DNA from: Myxococcota bacterium
GTDB taxonomy: Bacteria; Myxococcota; JACRCW01
Reading direction: 5' to 3'
Length of the DNA: 25,515 bases
NCBI GenBank assembly: GCA_040752415.1
Contig: JBFMGU010000156.1
Span: 1-25,515 of the forward strand
The translations under genes and the position numbers were made by a program. Of this stretch, positions 8,066-16,118 are shown one piece after another; the first letter of the stretch is position 1; each line of letters opens with the position of its first letter. The notes below the pieces were generated by a model that ran no database searches, was not told the origin of the DNA, and was given only the letters and a program-made list of their open reading frames with translations.

Positions 8066-10855
8066 TCAGGGGAAGTGGTTCAGGAGCACACTGACGTCGT
8101 CGCTGCTCTGGTTGCACGCGGCCAGGTCCGGCTTCCCGTCGCCATTGAGGTCCACCACCACCACGCCCACCGGCTGCGTACCCACCGGCTCGTCGGCGCC
8201 CAGCGGGGTGAACGTGCCGTCACCCGCGCCGAGCATCACGCGCACCATCCCGTCGCCGTGGGCGCTGGCCAGGTCGTCATTCCCGTCGGCGTTGAGATCC
8301 GCGGAGCGGAGCGCGGCGGGGCTGGTGCCCACCGTCAGGTAGCCGGGCGACTGCATGCCCGTGCCATCCATGCCCACCAGCGCCAGCAGCGCGGTCTCCG
8401 GGAGGGTCACCGCCACGTCGGGGCGACCGTCACCCTGCAGATCCACCGGCCCCACCTGCTCGGGGACATGGGCCAGCGTGACCCGGCTGTGCTCGACGAA
8501 GGTGCCGTCGCCCTGCCCCGTCATCAGGATGAGCTCGCTGTTGGCGGCGTCCACCACCACCACGTCCACCGCCGCATCCCCGACGAGATCCCCCGCCCAC
8601 AGCCCGCTGAGCTGCGTCCCCACCACCACGCTGGCGGGCGGACCCAGGGTGCCGTTCCCGTCGTTGAGGAGCACGGTGAGGGTGCCGTCTCCGTCCACCA
8701 CCAGCACGTCGGGTGCGGCGTCGCCGGTGAGGTCCACGGCCTGCAGCGCATTGGGGTTGGTCCCGGTGACGACGAGCGAAGGCGTGGGGAAGGATCCGTC
8801 GGGCTGCTGCATGAGCACGCTGATCCCCCCCTCGAACACCTCGGCCACCACCAGGTCCAGGCGGCCGTCGCCGTCCAGGTCCGCGGCGTCCACGTCGACG
8901 GGGGAGCTGACCACGGGCACCTCCGTGCGGCGGGTCAGCGTTCCGTCCCCCACGCCGTGCAGCAGGGTCACCGCCGCCGTGGTGAACGAGGCCACCGCGA
9001 GATCCGGACGCGTGTCTCCGTCGATGTCCGCGGCGGTGAGCGACTGGGGACCGGCGCCCACCGCGTAGGCGACCGCGTCGGCGAAGAGCGCGGCGGGTGA
9101 GACGGGCTGGCACACGTGGGGGGTGCCGCCGCCGGCGCACTGCAGCGGGGGCGTGCAGGAGCCGCACTCGACGACGCCGTTGCACCCGTCGGGAATCGCG
9201 TCGCACTCGAAGCCGGGCGGGCATTCCGTGAGGGGAACGCAGCCGCCGCTGCTGGAGCTGGTGCTGCCCCCGGAGCTGCTGGTGCTGCTGGAGCTGCTGC
9301 TTCCCGACGAGGATGTGCTCCCTCCCGACGAGCTGCTGGTGGAGGTTCCCGCGGGGAGCTCCGCCAGGTTGGCCAGGATGTGGACGCGCGCGGTGCTGTA
9401 GACGGCCACCGCCACGTCGGGACGGCCGTCGCCGGTGACGTCGCCCACGCTGGCGTGGAGGGGTTGCGCCTCCAGCGGCACGGTGGCCACCAGCGGGAAG
9501 GACCCGTCGGCCTGGCCCTGCAGCGCGTGGATGGCGCCCGCCGCGTCGACCACCACGAGATCCATGCGGCCGTCCCCGTCGAGATCGGCGGCGGCGGACT
9601 GGGTGGGCGCGTTGCCGGCGGGATGGGACACGTCGGCAGCGGACAACCCGGACGCGGTACCCCGACGGACGCGCAGCAGGCCCTCTTCCGTGGAGGACAC
9701 GACCACGTCGGTGAGCGCGTCCTCGTCCAGCTCCGTGGCCAGCACGTGGATGGGCGCGCGACCCGCGGTGAGCTGCTGCGCCGTCCCCAGCGCGCCGTCG
9801 ACGGAACCGGGCAGCAGGTTGAGCCGGTTGGCGGAGAAGTCCACGGCGGCCACGTCGAGCCATCCGTCGTGGTCCGCGTCCAGGACCGCCACGGCATTCG
9901 CGTACTCGCCCAGCGGATAGGACACCGGCGCGGAGAGCACGCCGCCGCCTTCCCCGAGCAGCACGCTCACCGCGCCGTCGTCGTTGGCCACCACCACGTC
10001 GGGGATGGCGTTATCATCCAGCAGCGCCACGGCAAGCGCATTGGGACCCACGCCGGCGGGATACGCCGCGGCCTCGGCGAATTGCAGCCCACCCAGGCCC
10101 CGCAGGACGCTCACACTGTTGCCCGCGATGTTGGCCACTGCCAGGTCCAGCACGCCGTCCACGTCGAGGTCCGCGGCCTGCACCGCCACCGGGGAGAAAC
10201 CGACGGAAAGCGAGGCGACCAGCTCCCAGCTCCCGCCGCCCAGGTTGCGCCAGACCACCACGCGGTGATCCACGGCGTCGGCGACCACCAGGTCCACCTG
10301 GCCATTGGCGTCGAGATCCGAGAGCAGCACGCTGGTGGGACCGGCCACGTCCTCCAGGCTGGCCACCCGCGCAAAGCCGGCGTTGCCGCCGCATTGATTC
10401 GCCACCCCGCCTCCCGAGCAGGACCGGGGCCACAGGCAGCTTCCGCAGGAGATGGGCACGCCGCAGTCGTCCCAGGTGCCGCACTCGTACCCTGGGGGAC
10501 ACCGGTTCTGGCGCGTGCACCCGCCGCTGCTGGAGCTGGAGGTTGACGTCGTGGACGCGCTGGAGGACGTGCCGCCGGTGGTGGAGCCCGTGCTGCTCGT
10601 GGAGCTGGTGCTGCCACCCGTGCTCGTCGACAGGGACCCGCTCGAGGACGACGAGGAAGCCGCCCCCGACGACGACGCGCTACCGCTGGACGACGACGAA
10701 GCCGAGGAGGACACGACGCTGGACGAGGCCACCGAGCCACTGCTGGACGACGAGCTCACGGTCTCCACGCCAGCGTCGGAAGACACCGGAGGCGGCGGCG
10801 GACACCCCACCAACACCCACACTCCCACCAACGCAAGCACACGACGGGAACGCAT
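8066..10855 (-). CDS. FG-GAP/VCBS-repeat lipoprotein with two repeat blocks, Ser-rich linkers and Cys-rich modules (929 aa)
   Basis: Start MRSRRVLALVGVWVLVGC is lipobox-like. Many D-L-D-G-D-G-x-x-D-L-(A/V)-V repeats occur in two blocks. Each block is preceded by a poly-Ser/Thr linker and a CPPG(Y/F)EC...CGSC...C.GGG...C module. Confidence 0.88.
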   Translation of the reverse strand: MRSRRVLALVGVWVLVGCPPPPPVSSDAGVETVSSSSSSGSVASSSVVSSSASSSSSGSASSSGAASSSSSSGSLSTSTGGSTSSTSSTGSTTGGTSSSASTTSTSSSSSGGCTRQNRCPPGYECGTWDDCGVPISCGSCLWPRSCSGGGVANQCGGNAGFARVASLEDVAGPTSVLLSDLDANGQVDLVVADAVDHRVVVWRNLGGGSWELVASLSVGFSPVAVQAADLDVDGVLDLAVANIAGNSVSVLRGLGGLQFAEAAAYPAGVGPNALAVALLDDNAIPDVVVANDDGAVSVLLGEGGGVLSAPVSYPLGEYANAVAVLDADHDGWLDVAAVDFSANRLNLLPGSVDGALGTAQQLTAGRAPIHVLATELDEDALTDVVVSSTEEGLLRVRRGTASGLSAADVSHPAGNAPTQSAAADLDGDGRMDLVVVDAAGAIHALQGQADGSFPLVATVPLEAQPLHASVGDVTGDGRPDVAVAVYSTARVHILANLAELPAGTSTSSSSGGSTSSSGSSSSSSTSSSGGSTSSSSGGCVPLTECPPGFECDAIPDGCNGVVECGSCTPPLQCAGGGTPHVCQPVSPAALFADAVAYAVGAGPQSLTAADIDGDTRPDLAVASFTTAAVTLLHGVGDGTLTRRTEVPVVSSPVDVDAADLDGDGRLDLVVAEVFEGGISVLMQQPDGSFPTPSLVVTGTNPNALQAVDLTGDAAPDVLVVDGDGTLTVLLNDGNGTLGPPASVVVGTQLSGLWAGDLVGDAAVDVVVVDAANSELILMTGQGDGTFVEHSRVTLAHVPEQVGPVDLQGDGRPDVAVTLPETALLALVGMDGTGMQSPGYLTVGTSPAALRSADLNADGNDDLASAHGDGMVRVMLGAGDGTFTPLGADEPVGTQPVGVVVVDLNGDGKPDLAACNQSSDDVSVLLNHFP

Positions 10856-10942
10856 GGCCCTCCAGGGGAACCCGAGTGCCGCGCTCAAGGCAAGTTCGCG
10901 GCACACGGGCGCAGAGCGAAGTGATAGCCTCTCCATCGGCCC

Positions 10943-11344
10943 ATGACGAAATCCTTCTGGTACACCCTGAGCGGGAACAGCATGGCGCCCGCCCTCAGGG
11001 ACGGCGAGAGCATCTTCCTGGAGCCACTGACGGGCGCGCCTCGTCGTGGAGACGTGGTGGTGCTGCGTCTGCCCACGGGCTGGGTGGTGCACCGCGTGCT
11101 GCGCGCCAACGGCAACATGGTGGTCACGCGCGGTGACGCGTGCGTGCGCGCGGATCCCGGGATGGGTCGTGATGCCGTGCTGTATCGCGCCACGCAGGTT
11201 CTGCGCGACGGACAACCACACCCCATTCCCGCGCCCTCCCCCGCGCTGCGGCTCCAACTCCGACGGGCACTTGCCCGCGTCCCACGTGTTGCTTCGCTGT
11301 TGCGGGGTCTGCGACGCGCACTGGTGGCGGAAGGGCTGGCCTGA
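10943..11344 (+). CDS. S24/S26-family peptidase (signal-peptidase-like, no transmembrane anchor)
   Basis: Motifs SGNSMAPAL (catalytic Ser box), RRGDVVV, VVHRV and VTRGDA. The stop overlaps the next start (TGATG). Confidence 0.82.
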   Translation: MTKSFWYTLSGNSMAPALRDGESIFLEPLTGAPRRGDVVVLRLPTGWVVHRVLRANGNMVVTRGDACVRADPGMGRDAVLYRATQVLRDGQPHPIPAPSPALRLQLRRALARVPRVASLLRGLRRALVAEGLA

Positions 11345-14300
11345 TGACGTCGAGCAGTGTGCGCGATCCAGGCGTGCGCGTTTGCCTCGCCCTTCTGGTG
11401 ACCACCGCGTTGACGTGGAGCGCGGACGCGCGCGCGCAGGCCACCGGGTACGTGCAGACGGTGGGATTGGCGCAGAGCAAGACGTCGTCCAGCACGCTCT
11501 CGGTCACGGTGGGCACGGCGGTGACGGCGGGCAATCGCGTGGTGATTGCGTTTGCCATGGATGACGTGTCTGGAACCGTCTCCGCGTCCGACACCGCGGG
11601 GAACAGCTACGCCGTCGACGCCGATTCGCAGAACACCGGCACGGTGCGCAACGTCATCCTCAGCGCGCACATGAGCAGCGGGCTGGCGGTGGGCAACACC
11701 ATCACGGTGAGCTTCCCCACCGTCACCGCCAAGGCCATGGTGGTGGCCGAGTACTACGGCGTGGCGCCCACCAACGCGGTGCACGGAACCGCCTCCAACA
11801 CCGCCACCAGCGGGGTCATCAGCACCGGGTCGGTCACCACCACGCGCGCGGACATCCTGCTGGTGGGCACGGTGGGAACGGAGGGACCGGAAGCGGACAA
11901 CATCTCGCCGTACAACAACTTCACCGGCGTGGCCAAACGCGGCACCACCGGCGGCACCGACAACACCAACATCACCGCCGGCATGGGCCTGCGCGTGGTG
12001 ACAACGACGGGGAGCTACACCGGCGACGCCACCATCAGTCCCTCCCGCTCCTGGGCCGCCGCGTTGGTGGCCTACCAGTCCGCGCCCTCCACGCTTGCCT
12101 TCAGCAACGCCACGAGGACACTGACCGCGGGCAGCTGCGGAGGCAGCACGAACGTCTTCACGTTGGAGACGCGGTCCAGCGGCGGCAGCGCGGTTCCGCC
12201 CACGGGGAGCACGGTGGTGGCGGTCAGCTCCACCACGGCCACCGCCACGTTCTACTCCGACGCCACCTGCACCACCGCGCTGCCCGTCTCCAGCGGCGCC
12301 GCGCAGGTCACGTTCACCAGCAGCGAGAGCAGCAAGAGCATCTACGTGCTGGACACCGCGGTGGGCACGGCCACCATCAGCGCCTCCCAGGTCTCCGGCC
12401 CGGACACGCTCTCCGCGACGAGCCAGGCCTACACGGTGACCGGCGGCGTGGGCTCCAATTCGTCCAAGACCACGGGCACCAGCCTGTCGGTCACGGTGGG
12501 CAGCGTCGGGGTGAACCAGGATGAGCGCATCGTGGTGGCGTTCGCCATGGACTACACGGCAACTGCCACGCCGGCGTTGGCCTGCGCGGACAGCAAGGGC
12601 AACAGCTACGCCATCGACGCCAACATCCCCAACACGGGCGGCGTGCGCACCGTGGTCTTCACCGCCCATGCCGCCCAGGCACTGGTCAGCGGCGACGTCA
12701 TCACCGTGACCCATCCCTCGGTGGCCGCGCGAGCCATGACGGTGTCGCGCTTCGTGGGTGTGGCCTCCAGTGGTGCCCTGGACCGGACGAGCGTGCGCAC
12801 AGGAAGCATTACGTCGGTGACCTCCAACGCCACGGCCACCACCACGCGCGCCCACGAGCTGGTGATCGGCGTGACCGGCGTGGAGGGCGTGACTTCCGAT
12901 GGCTACACGCCCACCGGAGGCTTCACGCTGGACTCGCAGGCGGGAACCACCGGGGGCGGCGCGAACACCAACATCGCGGTCTTCCTCACCTTCAAGGAGG
13001 TTTCGACGACGGGCACGCAGACGTCCACCGGCAACCTTGGCACCGCCCGGGACTGGGCCGCCGCGGTGGCCACCTACAAGCTGGTCCCGAACAAAGTCGT
13101 CATCAGCAGCAACCCCTCACCGCTGACCGCGGGCGTGGGCGAGGCGTTCACGCTGCAACCGCAGAGCGTCAAAGGCGTGGCCATGCCGCCGCTCACCGAC
13201 ACCACTGCCACGGTGACGACGACGAGCGGGAACGCCACGCTGTATCCGGGCACCGCGTGCACGGGGACTTCGGGCAGCACCGTCACGTTCTCCGCCAGCG
13301 CCACCTCCCCCTACACCACCGACGTATGCGTGCTGGATCGTCGCAAGTCGGCTCCCACGCACACGCTGCAGGTGACCTCGTCATCGTTGACGGGCACCAG
13401 CGGGACGTACGTGGTGGACGCGGGCGCGCTGAGTCGCCTCGCGGTGGCGCTGCCGGGTCAGACGTTCACCGACGGGAGCGGCGTCAGCGGGACCGCCTCG
13501 AACCAGACCGCGGGAACGGCCTTCACGCTGGCCGACCTCGCCGGCACGGACGACTACGACAACGTTGTCTCCTCGTTCAGCGGCACATACACGCTCAGCT
13601 ACAGCGGTCCCAGCAACGCGGGCGACGGCACGCCACCGCAGTACACCACAAGCGCTTCGTTCACCTCCGGCGTGGCAACCACGTCGCTGGTGACGACGTT
13701 GGTGAAGGCGGAGACGGTGGCCATCACGGTGACGGGTGGCGGGGTTTCGGGCACTTCCTCCCTGGTCACGGTGGTGGCGCCGGCGGACACCACGTCGGTC
13801 TCCGCGGTGGGAACGGGCTACGCCAACCGGACCAGCGGCGTGGTGCAGGTGAGCGTGGTCAACGGCACCGGCGGCGGACTCGTCCGCGTGGACCTCGACG
13901 CGCCCAGTGGCTTCCTATGGGATCCCACGTCGGGGTCCACCACGGTGGCGGGGTGGAGCGTGACCTCGTCGAGTGCGAGCACCATCACGTTCGAGGGACC
14001 GGCGAGCGCGTTCCTGAACGGCGCCACGGGCAGCTTCTCCGCCACCAACGCAGGCGGCCTCTACCCCAACAACGCCGTCGACACCGACCACGACGTCGTG
14101 GTGACCTGGGACGGCTACCAGTCGGGAGCGGCAACCGCCGCGTTCACCGTGCTGGTGCCCATTGGCAACGTGGTGCTGCCCGCGGTGAGCCGCTCCGCCG
14201 CATCCGCGCGCCCCACCTTCTACTGGACCAACTCCGACGAGTACCGCACCCATTCCGGCGTGTTGATCCTGCGCGGCAGCGACGTTCCCGTCGACGGTGT

Positions 14301-15636
14301 CACCTACGCGGCGGGCGATACGCTGGGCAGCTCCGTGGTGGTCTGCGTGGATGGCGGCACGGGACAGGGCTGCACGGAGAGCACCTCCGTGACGCAGGAC
14401 GACGCCACGCAGCGCTACGTGTTCCACAACTTCGACGCGTCGCAGGTCTACGCCACCGGCGTGGCCATCAGCGTTCCCGCCCGGCCGGCGCAGGGCTTCC
14501 TCTACAAGCACAGCGCGGCCGGCATGACGCCACCGGGGGTCCGCCCCGGCTCGCTCAGTCCGCCCGGCTTCGCCACCTTCGCCGCCAACGACCTGGGCCT
14601 CTACTTCGTCCGTCGTGACGGGACGGAGGAACGACGCGCGGTCCTGCTCAACAACCAGGTCACCCGCCGCTCCCTGCCACTCTCCGACGCCAGCGCAGGC
14701 TACGCCGTCTTCACCGCCGACTCCGGCAGCCCCAACCCCGGCACCCTCTACCGCGTGGAACCGAGCGGAAGTCCCACCACCTCGACGACGACGGCGGCGG
14801 TCAGCAGCGGCGTGGGCGCGTTGCTCACCTCGTCGGCGGCACTGCACAGCACCTACAAGGCCAACGGACCGGCCCTGCTGTTCGGCACCAACGAGGCTTC
14901 CGGCAACTACATCCGCGCCGTGCGCCCGGACCTCACCGCGTACTGGACGCTCAGCATTGGCACCGACGCCATCACCCACGAGGTCAACAGCGACGTCACG
15001 CGGGCGTACATGTTCGTGCCGGTGGGCGCGGGCAGCGGCGGCATCTACGCGTTCGACATGAGCGTGGACCCCGGAGCGGGCGCCGCGCCCAAGCCCAGCG
15101 GGTGGGCCTCACAGAAGATCCTCGACGGGACGCTGTTCAAGGCGCAGTGCCGCATGTCCCCCACGGCGTGGACCCAGCAGGCGCTCTTCTGCGGCAGCCA
15201 CAGCGGCACGCTCTACGCCATCAATCCCGCCACCGGCGCGGTCATTGCCACGACGTCGGTGACCGGCAGCGTGCAGGGCCTGGTGGCGATCTCCAGCGCC
15301 GGGTACGTGGTGTACTCCACGCGCAGCGGCAGGGTGGGCAAGGTCTACTTTGACGGCACCGCGTTCAAGACCGCCGCCGACGGCCAGGCCAACACGTTCG
15401 AGGTCACCGTCTCCGGCGCCGCGGTGGTGAGCACGCCCCTGCCCATCAGCGCGGGGGTGTTCGTGGGCGGGGCCGGCAAGCTGTTCAAGCTGAACCCCAC
15501 CGACGGGTCGCTCCTGGGCTCACTGGCGTTGGATGGCGTGCAAGTCAGCGAAGTGGCGCTGGAAACCTCGACGAGCACCATCTTCGTCCAGACCAGCGCG
15601 GGAACCATCTGGGGAGTGCCCGCGTCCGGCCTCTGA
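11344..15636 (+). CDS. Large secreted Thr/Ser/Gly-rich beta-structured surface protein (1430 aa): repeated N-terminal modules, Ig/FN3-like domains, probable C-terminal PQQ-like beta-propeller
   Basis: Signal peptide ending ARA|Q. Two ~200-aa internal repeats end in WAAALVAY and WAAAVATY. Propeller-like blades (GTLYAINPATGAV, GKLFKLNPTDGSLL) near the C-terminus. Continuous GC3-biased ORF. Confidence 0.85.
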   Translation: MTSSSVRDPGVRVCLALLVTTALTWSADARAQATGYVQTVGLAQSKTSSSTLSVTVGTAVTAGNRVVIAFAMDDVSGTVSASDTAGNSYAVDADSQNTGTVRNVILSAHMSSGLAVGNTITVSFPTVTAKAMVVAEYYGVAPTNAVHGTASNTATSGVISTGSVTTTRADILLVGTVGTEGPEADNISPYNNFTGVAKRGTTGGTDNTNITAGMGLRVVTTTGSYTGDATISPSRSWAAALVAYQSAPSTLAFSNATRTLTAGSCGGSTNVFTLETRSSGGSAVPPTGSTVVAVSSTTATATFYSDATCTTALPVSSGAAQVTFTSSESSKSIYVLDTAVGTATISASQVSGPDTLSATSQAYTVTGGVGSNSSKTTGTSLSVTVGSVGVNQDERIVVAFAMDYTATATPALACADSKGNSYAIDANIPNTGGVRTVVFTAHAAQALVSGDVITVTHPSVAARAMTVSRFVGVASSGALDRTSVRTGSITSVTSNATATTTRAHELVIGVTGVEGVTSDGYTPTGGFTLDSQAGTTGGGANTNIAVFLTFKEVSTTGTQTSTGNLGTARDWAAAVATYKLVPNKVVISSNPSPLTAGVGEAFTLQPQSVKGVAMPPLTDTTATVTTTSGNATLYPGTACTGTSGSTVTFSASATSPYTTDVCVLDRRKSAPTHTLQVTSSSLTGTSGTYVVDAGALSRLAVALPGQTFTDGSGVSGTASNQTAGTAFTLADLAGTDDYDNVVSSFSGTYTLSYSGPSNAGDGTPPQYTTSASFTSGVATTSLVTTLVKAETVAITVTGGGVSGTSSLVTVVAPADTTSVSAVGTGYANRTSGVVQVSVVNGTGGGLVRVDLDAPSGFLWDPTSGSTTVAGWSVTSSSASTITFEGPASAFLNGATGSFSATNAGGLYPNNAVDTDHDVVVTWDGYQSGAATAAFTVLVPIGNVVLPAVSRSAASARPTFYWTNSDEYRTHSGVLILRGSDVPVDGVTYAAGDTLGSSVVVCVDGGTGQGCTESTSVTQDDATQRYVFHNFDASQVYATGVAISVPARPAQGFLYKHSAAGMTPPGVRPGSLSPPGFATFAANDLGLYFVRRDGTEERRAVLLNNQVTRRSLPLSDASAGYAVFTADSGSPNPGTLYRVEPSGSPTTSTTTAAVSSGVGALLTSSAALHSTYKANGPALLFGTNEASGNYIRAVRPDLTAYWTLSIGTDAITHEVNSDVTRAYMFVPVGAGSGGIYAFDMSVDPGAGAAPKPSGWASQKILDGTLFKAQCRMSPTAWTQQALFCGSHSGTLYAINPATGAVIATTSVTGSVQGLVAISSAGYVVYSTRSGRVGKVYFDGTAFKTAADGQANTFEVTVSGAAVVSTPLPISAGVFVGGAGKLFKLNPTDGSLLGSLALDGVQVSEVALETSTSTIFVQTSAGTIWGVPASGL
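14514..15437 (+). repeat. Copy 1 of a ~924-bp direct repeat (copy 2 at 19255-20178)
   Basis: Constant offset of 4741 bp. Off-frame ORF translations are identical (14615-15061 vs 19356-19802; 15102-15353 vs 19843-20094). The first mismatches flank the tract at 14513/19254 and 15438/20179. Confidence 0.93.
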
Positions 15637-15737
15637 CGTCTGAAACAACGGAGTGTGCCCACGTCACAGATCCGGGGTCCGCGCTGCGGATACGATTGTT
15701 GACGTATCACGAGGCACTTCCTACAGTATTTCCTCGT

Positions 15738-15752
15738 TGGCACGCGGTTTGC
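15738..15752 (+). promoter_or_regulatory. Sigma54 (-24/-12) promoter upstream of the PqqD gene
   Basis: TGGCACG-CGGT-TTGC matches TGGCACG-N4-TTGC with exact GG-N10-GC spacing. It lies in the only sizeable, relatively AT-rich intergenic gap of the cluster. Confidence 0.7.
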
Positions 15753-15776
15753 CCACATTCACCGACGGGTCCGGAC

Positions 15777-16118
15777 ATGAACGGCGACAGCACTCAGTCC
15801 GCAGCGGCATCGGCGACCCCAGGGCCAGCGTCGCTGGAGGCGGTGCCGGTGGTGGGGAGCCGGTGCGCGTGGCAGTCGCTGGACGGTGAAGCGGTGGTGA
15901 TTGACCTCACCGCCCGGCGCGTCATGGGCCTGAACCCGGCCGGCACGCTGCTGTGGAGCCACGCCGACGGCAAGCGCACGGTGCGCGAGCTGGCGGAGCT
16001 GCTGGCGGCGCGGTTCGCGTTGACGGCGCCCACGGCGGAGGCCGACGCGGCGAGCTTTGTGGGCAAGATGGTGGCACGGGGGCTGATGGACCTGCGGTCC
16101 CCGACGGGGGACCCATGA
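15777..16118 (+). CDS. Stand-alone PqqD-family protein / RiPP recognition element (113 aa)
   Basis: WQSLDGEAVVIDLTARRVMGLNPAGTLLWSHADGKRTVRELAELLAARFAL...AEADAASFVGKMVARGLM is the typical three-strand, three-helix PqqD pattern. ATGA overlap with the next gene. Confidence 0.92.
   Translation: MNGDSTQSAAASATPGPASLEAVPVVGSRCAWQSLDGEAVVIDLTARRVMGLNPAGTLLWSHADGKRTVRELAELLAARFALTAPTAEADAASFVGKMVARGLMDLRSPTGDP

Noticed and set aside
10856..11257. N-terminal extension of the FG-GAP ORF to 11257, and ORF-track extensions to 15953, 20208 and 20941
   Set aside because: They overlap better-supported genes. Downstream ATGs give proper signal peptides or RBSs (10855, 16115, 20379, 21040).
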